Shown here piece by piece: positions 54,646 through 64,000 of a stretch of DNA of 64,000 nt. Made by a program: the position numbers and the translations under genes. Each line of letters opens with the position of its first letter. Positions within the stretch are counted from its first letter, which is position 1. The notes beneath the pieces were generated by a model. It ran no database searches, was not told where the DNA came from, and saw nothing but the letters and a program-made list of their open reading frames with translations. Source of the DNA: Octopus vulgaris (taxonomy: Eukaryota). Where the stretch lies: the NCBI GenBank assembly GCA_951406725.2, contig OX597816.1, forward strand, positions 12,152,001 to 12,216,000, read 5' to 3'.

Positions 54646-54845
54646 TAACAACAATAACAATAATAATAATGATGAATAATAACAACAACAACAACAACAT
54701 CGAAAAATACCTGAGGAATGAGAACCCAATTTTGAAATTTCCCCAAAACACCTGGTGAAGGTTGGCTGGTATATCAGCGGAAACGTGTTAACAACAAAAA
54801 GGATGAGGACAAATAATCTGTCAAATGGAAATAATGTAAATAATA
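54322..54845. mobile_element. Head-to-head inverted pair of family H
   Basis: Minus copy with tRNA head (54322-54590) directly abuts a headless plus copy (54590-54845); both contain decayed HHRs. Confidence 0.82.
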
Positions 54846-55359
54846 TTTCCAGAATTTTCATCTCTAATATGTACCTCACATAAATATGATGATGACATAT
54901 GGAATTAGAATACTGGAATAAGCAGGTGTGCTTCAAGCGGTCACAGCTTGAATTTTAAACCTACCTATATAACTGGTAGAAATTACTAAAGCTACTCAGT
55001 AATGAACAGAGAGCTACATTTTAAACAGTTTCTTATTTCTTTATTGGCCACAAGGGGCTAAACATAGTGGGGATAAAAATAAGGACAGACAAAGGGATTA
55101 AGTCAATTACATCAACCCCAGTGCATAACTGGTACTTAATTTTATCGACCCCAAAAAGATGAAAGTCAAAGTCGACCTTGGCAGAATTTGAACTCAGAAC
55201 ACAAATACAGACGAAATACCACTAAGCATTTCACCTGGCGTGCTAACGTTTCTCCCAGCTCGCTGCCTTTTAAAGGGTTTCTATGGAGTAAACCTAATAT
55301 AAGATGGGATATTTGAAAGGTTGTTGGCAATGTAAAACAAATGAATTTACCTAAATTAA

Positions 55360-55583
55360 CCCATTAATTCCAAGAGTACTTAAATTTCTGAATATTACTT
55401 TTAAGTTTTTACAGATGATTGAAAGTAGGTTAAAATGAAAAAAATTAATTATTAAAACTCCTTTACCTCAAGTAGAAATAGAAATACTTGGTGTCCTATA
55501 AATAGGACACTGAGACAATGTGATATAGCTTATTAAATGGTCTCATTTAGTGTCCTATTTATAGGACAGTGGGACTTAATGGG
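55360..55583. mobile_element. piggyBac-type MITE
   Basis: TTAA|CCCATTAATTCC ... GGGACTTAATGGG|TTAA; internal palindromes GTGTCCTATAAATAGGACAC and GTGTCCTATTTATAGGACA. Confidence 0.8.
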
Positions 55584-55647
55584 TTAAGAACTGAACAAAT
55601 GTATAGCGTTGATATAATGTATAATTATGAATCTAGAATTATAAATG

Positions 55648-56290
55648 CAGCAAGCTGGCTGAACCGTTAGCATGCCAGGCAAAATGCTTAGTGGTATTTC
55701 GTCTGCTGCTACGTTCTGAGTTCAAATTCCGCCGAGGTCGACTTTGCCTTTCATCTTTTCGGGGTCGATTAAATAAGTACCAGTTACGCACTGGGGTTGA
55801 TATAATTGACTTAATCCGTTTGTCTGTCCTTGTTTGTTCCCTCTGTGTTTAACCCCTTGTGAGTAGTAAAGAAATAGGTATTTCATCTGCTGCAAAGTTC
55901 TGAGTTCAAATTCTGCTGAGGTTGATTTTGCCTTTTATCTTTTCGGGGTTGATAAATTAAGTACCAGTTTTATACTGGGGTTGATCTAATCAACTGCCAC
56001 CACCCCACCTCTCCCCCAAAATTTCCAGCCTTGTGCCTAGAGTAGAAAATAATATTTTACAAGACTCAGGCAGTGAGCTAGCAGAAACGTTAGCATGCTT
56101 GGCGAAATGCTTAGCGGTATTTTGTCTGCTGCAACGTTCTGAGTTCAAACTCCACCAAGGTCGACTTTGCTTTTCATCCTTTCAGGGTTGATAAATTAAG
56201 TACTGGTTGAGTACTGCAATCGATGTAATCAACTTAACCCCACCCACCACCACAAATTTCAGGCCTTGTGCCTAAAGTAGAAAGGATTAT
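55648..56290 (+). mobile_element. SINE family A dimer plus monomer
   Basis: Same AAAGAAATAG|GTATTTC junction at ~55877. Confidence 0.85.
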
Positions 56291-59200
56291 TAATCTAGAA
56301 TTATAATAACCAGTCTTGAAGTTAAGCTTAAGCCCAACATTTAAAAGAACCAACCAATCACAATAATAACACGAACACTTTAATAACTTTCAAAATTACA
56401 AAATGTCTTCTGTCATTCGTTCATCCTTAATAACCATTCTAGGCAAACGCCCCAGCTATCACTACCCCCCACACACACACACCATACTATGTAACTCTGA
56501 TATTCCTTAAAGAAATTACAATGTTAAAGGAACTTAAAAGTCTTCCTTTTCGTCAAGAGTTGCTATTTTATTCAAATCAAAAGATGGAACGGTGATTTTT
56601 CTTTTTTCATTATTTCACGAATATTCATGGGTTTACAGAAAAAAAATTCTATCAGTTGTCTACATTCGTTAAGCTGATCTATTCTCCAGCCTGGAACATA
56701 GAGAATATCTTTATTATTATATTTATCATAATCATCATCATCATCATCATTGTCATCATAATCATCATCATTGGTGTTTTTGCTATCATTATTGTTTATT
56801 ATCATTGACATTGTTATTATTATTATTATTATAATTGTTCTTTTTCTTCTTCTATTATCATTATTATTATTATTATTATCATTATTATCTTCATCATCAT
56901 CATCATCAATATTTTGGTTTTGTTAGAGAAATTCTTCAATTTGCATAATAGTAGAATTTCATTACTGCTATCTGCCATGCCAGATCAGTTGTCAAACCAA
57001 TATTAGAAAGATTCATAAAAAGAAGGAAAAAGAAAAAAAAAAATAGAAAAAATATAAAAATCAACAAAAAATATATATTCTTTTTCTTTCATTTTCTTTA
57101 TTTTCATATGAACTTGTCATTTCTCTAGTGGATATGAAAATTATTAACATAGGGACAACAATTCCTTGAATATAGTAATAGGAATATGTATTATTTGGAG
57201 AAATTATTGATTTTTAGATTCCAGCTGACTTTATAAATTTCTTTCTATTCATATCTTTCCCTCCACCCATGCCGCCTTCTTATTATCAGATCCATTGTGA
57301 AATATTACTTTTCCAGGCTCTCATATTCTCTTTAGTTGAAATTTGTTTAAATTATCATTTTAAGTACTAGAAATAGTTGATAAATAATTTTAAATAAAAA
57401 AAAAAATAAATAAATATAGAACCAAAATAAAAATTTAAAACGAGACATGAAAAATAGTTGAGGAAAGGAATTTCTTTACATCAAAATTTTGTGAAAAATA
57501 TTTAAAATGATACAATATTTGGATATAAAATTGGAGATCTCTGGTTAAGAAACATGCACAAGTAAAAAATTAAAAGAAAAAAGGAAGAGAAAATATTAAA
57601 ATTAGACCTGGAACTGCATAAAATGATTTGACGTCTTTTTTAGTAGCTATTAACAAATGAAACTGTTATTCTGTACTGAATAATCTCTGTAATTTTACAG
57701 CCTTGTAAAAAATTGCTGTTGGAAATTGATCAAATTTGACTTAAAATTGAGAGCCTCAGCATGAATTGAAGTAGTTAGATGAGCAATATTTTCATATCTT
57801 ATGAAAGTATTACAATTTGAAAGATATAAAATTAATAATAAATTGCCTTATGGAAGCTGCTTTGCTATCTCTGTATCGTGATTTCTTACATGGTCGGTAA
57901 CTTATCTATAACCTATCTCTAAAGAAAAATTAAAGGGGAAATACACAGAGAAAAGGAAAGACAAGTATAAAACAAAACACTTTCATGTTAGGTGTAGGAG
58001 TGGCTGTGTGGTAAGTAGCTTGCTTACCAACCACATGGTTCCAGGTTCATTCCCACTGTATGGCACCTTGGGCAAATGTCTTCTACTATAGCCTTGGGCC
58101 GACTAAAGCCTTGTAGGTGGATTTGGAAGACAGAAATTGAAAGAAGCCCAACGTATATATATATATATATATATATATATAAGTGTGTGTGTGTATGTGT
58201 GTGTATATGTTTGTGTGTCTGTGCTTGTCCCCCAACATCGCTTGACAACCGATGCTGAGCAGTTCGGCAAAAAGAGACCGATAGAATAAGTACTAGGCTT
58301 ACAAAGAATAAGTCCTGGGGTCGATTTGTTCGACTAAAAGGCAGTGCTTCAGCATGGCCACAGTCAAATGACTGAAACAAATAAAAGAGTAAAGAGTATG
58401 TTAAGTGTTTGTAAGAGTATGTAAAGAGTATGTTAAGTATCTAACGTGTTTGAGTACAATTGGATGTAGAAAGGGCTTCTGCCTCAGAAAAAGGTTTGAG
58501 AGAAAATTCTCCTTCCAAATAACATTTGTGAAAGCATCAAAATAAAATTCAAATGGAAATTGTAGTTAAGACACCCATGCCGGTGACATGTAAAAAGCAC
58601 TGTCTGAAAATGGCAGATGCCAGCACCGCCTGACTGGAGTCCGTGTCGGTGACACGTAAAAGCACCAACCGATCGTGGCCATTTACCAGCCTGCTCTGGC
58701 CCCTGTGCCAGTGGCACATAAAAAACACCCACTACACTCAAGGAGTGGTTGGCGATACGAAGGGCATCAAGCTGTAGAAACACTGCTAAACCAGACTGGA
58801 GCCTGGTGCAGCCTCCATGGCTTTCCAGACCCCAGTGAAACCGTCTAACCCATGCTAGCATGGAAAACGGACGTTAAATGAAGATGATGATGATATTGGT
58901 CTGTGAATGGTGTCACTAAATGGTTGGAGGCATGCATTTCTGCGTTGTTTTGTATCATCAGCAATGAACACCCTGTGTGCCCTTCACAGCCTGAAAAGAA
59001 GGAATCCATTTCTATATTAGAACAGCAAATGATACATTTGCTGATGTGAATAAAGGCTGGTAAATCTAGAATTCCATAAATAAAGTCACACGAAACAGCT
59101 TTGAACAAAATGAATTCAGACACGAATATAATCTTAATGTCAAGCTGTGCCTATACTTCAATTCTGAAAGAAAACTTTCCCAGATCTTTCTAGATTGTAA

Positions 59201-61946
59201 GACAGACACAGTGGGATATAATTGTTACGGGTAAAGATCAGTTAGTGTAGTGGAAGCACTCCGTCGGTTACGACGATGAGGGTTCCGGTTGATCCGATCA
59301 ACGGAACAGCCTGCTCGTGAAATTAACGTGTAAATGGCTGAGCACTCCACAGACATGTGTACCCTTAACATAGTTCTCGGGGATATTCAGCGTGACACAG
59401 AGAGTGACAAGGCCGGCCCTTTGAAATACAGGTACAACAGAAACAGGAAGTAAGAGTGAGAGAAAGTTGTGGTGAAAGAGTACAGCAGGGATCACCACCA
59501 TCCCTGCCAGAGCCTCGTGGAGCTTTAGATGTTTTCGCTCAATAAACACTCACAACGCCCGGTCTGGGAATCGAAACCACGATCCTACGACCACGAGTCT
59601 GCTGCCCTAACCACTAGGCCATTGCACCTCCACTAGTTAGTGTAGAAACACAGGTAGAAAGGTTTATATTGCGATGTTCTCTGAAAGGATTTGAAAATGT
59701 ACTTAGTGTAGGTTAACCCAGTGAAGGGGCATGGCTCAGTGGTTAGAGCATCAGGCGCACAATCCTGAGGTGGTGAGTTCAATTCCAAGACCTGGCTGTG
59801 CATTGTGTTCTTGAGCAAGACACTTTATTTCATGTTGCTCCAGTTCAGTCATCTGTAGAAATGAGTTGGGATCTCACTGGTGCCAAGATGTATCGGACTT
59901 TGCCTTTGTCTTGGATAACATTGGCGGTGCAGAAAGGGGAGACTGGTATGTGTATGGGTGATTGCTGGTCTTCTACAAACAGCCTTACCCAGACTTGTAC
60001 CATGGAGGGTAACATTCTAGGTGCACTCCCATGGTCATTCATGACCAATGTGAAGTGGAGGGAGGGTCTTTAGCTGAACTCATGATATGAGTGCTAGTGT
60101 TATTTATAGTTGCTTGTTGCAAATCAGTGACCAATGGTCACTTTGTTTACAATATATCGTTAGCATTAGTGGACCCAGGCTATCGCTCTGGCATGCAGGT
60201 GCTTGTGACTGAGGATGATACAAATAGCTCAAAACTGAGTCAGCTTCGTGATCCTGTTACCTGCTATTGAGTGACAGGGGTTTACGCCCCCTGATAACAA
60301 TATGTTGTATATAAAGAGTACAGAGTCACGCTGACAACCAGCTAGTGGAGAATCTGCCTGGAGTTAAACTAGTAGTAACATTTAACAGCCACTTTGATGT
60401 GATTAATTTTATCAGCCACCAGAAAAGTGATATAATTTGTAAATTTTGTTATTTTGAATATAGACTTTCTTCTACTTCCTTTTTATTCGTTTCAGTTATT
60501 AGATTGTGGCCATGCTGGAGGAATTTTAGTTGAGGAATTGACCCCAATACTTTTTTAAGCCTCATACTTATTCTCTTGGTCTCTTTTGCCAAACTGTTTA
60601 GTTCTGGGAATATAAACACACCAACACTAGTGGTCAAGTGGAGAGGGGGGAAAACACAGCTCCCTTTCATTATCATCATCATTGTTTAACGTCCATTTTC
60701 CATACTAGCATGGGTTGGACGGTTCGACCGGGGATCTGGGAAGCCAGAAGGCTGCACCAGGCTCCAGTCTGATCTAGCAGTGTTTCTACAGCTGGATGCC
60801 CTTCCTAACGCCAACCACTCCGTGAGTGTAGCGGGTGCTTTTTACATGCCACTGGCACAGGTGCCAGGTGAGGGTGGCAATAGCCGCGATCAGGTGGTGC
60901 TTTTTACATGCCACCAGCACGGAAACCAGTCAAGGCAGCACTGTATATATATCTATATATGTGTGTGTGGCTTTGGTCAGCCTGGGGCTATAGCAGAAGA
61001 TACTTGCCTAAGGTTCAATTACAGTAGAATCATGTGGTTGGAAAGCATGCCTGCACCCATGAACAATGTCACTGAATCATAGGATGCAGGCATTTCTGCA
61101 ATGTTTCATGTCATCAGCAGTGAACAGCTCGTCTACCTTCCACAGCCTGAAAAAAATGAATTTTTTTCTTATGTTAGAACAGCAAATGGTGCATTTTTGC
61201 TGATAGATAGCTTGGTAAAGCTGTGATTAAATAAATAAAGTCACATGAAACAGCTTTGAATAGAATAAATTCGTAGGCGAAGAAAATAATACACAAACAT
61301 ATTAATAACGGATTTCAAATCAGAGCTGGGTAGCTTTTATTTGAAGTTTACTGTACATGCTATTTCCTTGCATTATCCTTTTCCATGATGAAAAAGATTA
61401 TGTAATGTCACATTAGTGAATTTTTCAGAATTTCTTTTTTCTTTACCTTCTGCCTATGCTAAAAATGATTTTATATGAAAAACAGTATTTAATTTCCAGT
61501 ACAGTTTTAAATTCCACAAAAAAAGGGAAAAAGCACAAAGGAAAAAAATATTGTTTGTAATTTAAACAGCAAATTTTTTTAAAATCTTAATTTACTTTAG
61601 GAAACTGGTAGGTGATATGCTTTTAAATGTTCGTGCATAGTATATTTTTTCATAAAGGCCATGACTATGATATTACTTCAAACTACATAAATCTTTTATA
61701 TCTGGCAAAATGGCAAAGAATTCTTTCAGACTAGCTGACTAGAATATACATACGTACACACACACACACACATATATCGTTGTCATCATCATTTAACATC
61801 TGTTTTCTATGCTGGCATGTGTTGGACAGTTCAACAGGATCAGGAGAGCTAGAATGCTACATCAGATAGATATGTATGTAAGTAGATAGATAGATATGTA
61901 GGTAGCTAGGTAGATATGTACGTAGGTTGGTAGATGCATAGGTATG

Positions 61947-63829
61947 TTTCTTTATTAGCCACACAGGGCTGCACACAGATAGAACAAATTACAAGGTAGA
62001 GCTTTTCTTTTGAAGGGTTAAAAAAAAAAAAAAAAAGGAAGGGGGGTGTTTCGATCAAAAGGGATCGTAAAAGGAGAGAAAGAGGACAAAAAAGGGGGGG
62101 TTAAAAAAAGGGGGAGAGGAAAAAAAAAAAAAAAATTGATCAATAGGGATCGTTATCACAGAAATGTCAATATGAAGTGTAAAGGGGAGGACAGGTGAGG
62201 TTTACCCGTGGAAAGAAAAGCCTACGGAAAAGACCACAGTAACCTCGGTCAATGGAGTCACATGTTATATTTCTTTTTTTTTTTTTTTTTTTTTTTTCGC
62301 GAATAAGCAACTCTCTGTTTTCAATTTCTGGGTTCATAGGATCATACTCAAGGTGGCTTCGTCATTCATACGTGCCATTCTTGCTACATTCACCCATCTT
62401 TTTAAAACATTCGCTAGACAAAACTTGCCTCTCTACTCTCACTTTCCTTTTCAAGTGGTACTTGAAGAAGTTGATGAGAGATTGACCAGAGAGGAAAGTG
62501 TTTGTCTCCAATCCTTTCAGACGCGTCCACCAGATACATTCTTTCGCCATAGCCACAAGGATGATGAAAATAGCTCTTCCTTCCCGTTTGAAGGAAGGAG
62601 GCGTGACAATATTGACGATAGACTCAGCTGATAAACCGACTCGTCCCACACGTGACAGCAGTCGTTCGACATAAGCCCACAAGTCGGAAATTGTTCGACA
62701 CTGAACGAGTGCGTGCAGAACGGTTTCGTCGCTCTGACCGCATCTCGGGCAGGTCGGCCCCGTGTTTCTCGAGCCGTGTCTGTAGAGCTTATCCCGAACG
62801 GGTAGCGCTTCTCGGTAGCACTGCCAGGCCAGGGATCTCTGGAAGTTGTCCATGTGCCCTGGCCCGAAAGTCGTCCTGAACAGGCGGGTCAGGTACTCCT
62901 CGTCGACGTCCAGGTTCGCCCCGAGCTCGTCGTCGTACCTCCCCTCCACTAAACCCCTATAGAATGCTTTGGTTGTGTTGAAGTCACTTAAGGTCGACCC
63001 AGGACGGCAGAGTTGAATGAGAGCAACGCGACACTCGCGGTGCCATTCGCCCTTCCTCGGCCTCTTTTTGATCCACGACTGCAGTTCGGTCATGGAGACG
63101 AGCTGCGGGAAAGCGTGCCTCACAAACGGCGACCACACCTGTTCACCGTCGTCTACATAGAGCCAGAGATGTCGCAGTCTCAGCGCGTGTCTGCGCATCA
63201 TCAACCACGGCATGCCCAGCCCTCCTTTTAACGGGTGTTGACAGCAAATGGATCGCCTGACCATCGGGACGCATCCTTTCCACAAGAAGCGAAAGAGGAT
63301 GCGTTGTAGTTTGGTGATGGTAGGGTCGGGACAAGGTACGACGGTCAGGCGGTAGTAGATGACGGACGCGATGTACGTGTTCGCCACCTCCGCTCGACCT
63401 TTTAGGGACAGTTTCCTCTCGGCCCATTGCCGGGCGAGAGTGACCACCCTACTCGTTATCTCATTCCAGTTCTTCTCCACTTGGAGGTCCGGACCAAACC
63501 AGACCCCGAGCAACTCAACCGGGCCGTCGGTCCAGCGTCCCACGACGGAGGCGCTGGTGGACGGCATGGGCTTGCTTCTCCAGGTGCCTAGTCGCAAGCC
63601 CACTGACTTTTCCCGGTTGATTTTCGCTCCTGTCACCGCTTCATAGTTTTTCAGTGTCACGCTGACCAGCTCGATGTGCTTTTGGCTAGAAACTATGATG
63701 GTGACGTCATCCGCTTATGCAGGCACGCTCGTCCTGCATCCCAATTCTTGCGGGATGCCCCTTAGAGTCGCCAGCTTCCGCAGTAGTGGCTCAAGAGTCA
63801 ATACGTATAGAAGCGCCGAGAGGGGGCAT
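61947..63829 (-). mobile_element. 5'-truncated Tx1/L1-clade LINE (RT C-half, CCHC zinc knuckle, 3' UTR)
   Basis: CPLSALLYVLTLEPLLR...PA*ADDVT, then ORF 62362-63660 with GAKINREKS, LGVWF, LSLKGRA, GGLG and CPRC..SDETVLHALVQC. 3' end AATAAAGAAA; (TAGG/TAGA)n on both sides. Confidence 0.92.
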
Positions 63830-63923
63830 ATGTAGGTAGGTAGGTAGGTAGATAGATAAATAAATAGATAGGTAGGTAGGTAGGTAGATAGATAGAGAGA
63901 CAGACAGTCAGGTAGATAAATAG

Positions 63924-64000
63924 ATACAGTTCTATATTTAAGAGATGAGGAATTATGTACATTATTTACATTATTTACATTTGACGGATATTTGTCCTCA
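63924..64000 (-). mobile_element. 3' end of another family H copy (runs off the window)
   Basis: Matches 25234-25310. Confidence 0.85.

Overview
AT-rich, repeat-saturated eukaryotic intronic/intergenic DNA. The SINE/microsatellite content suggests an Octopus-like cephalopod genome (inference). I found no convincing host protein-coding gene. Almost all listed ORFs are artefacts of (TA)n/(CA)n/(TACA)n microsatellites or SINEs. Recognisable content: at least six SINE-like families (most with tRNA-like heads); a 5'-truncated Tx1/L1-clade LINE; fragments of RLE-type (R4/Dong-like), CR1-like and RTE-like LINEs; two ~1.28 kb mariner relics; Merlin (IS1595-like), Tigger/pogo and hAT remnants; and several MITEs. 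The main hidden signal is about a dozen sequence-distinct, minimal type I hammerhead ribozyme (HHR) motifs of the Penelope-like/retrozyme kind. They sit in short non-coding modules, usually bounded by microsatellites and often arranged as inverted pairs. One family joins a tRNA-derived Pol III head to a hammerhead. A second signal is a SINE family that shares its 3' tail with the Tx1-like LINE and occurs as head-to-tail concatemers. All coordinates were read by eye and may be off by a few bases.
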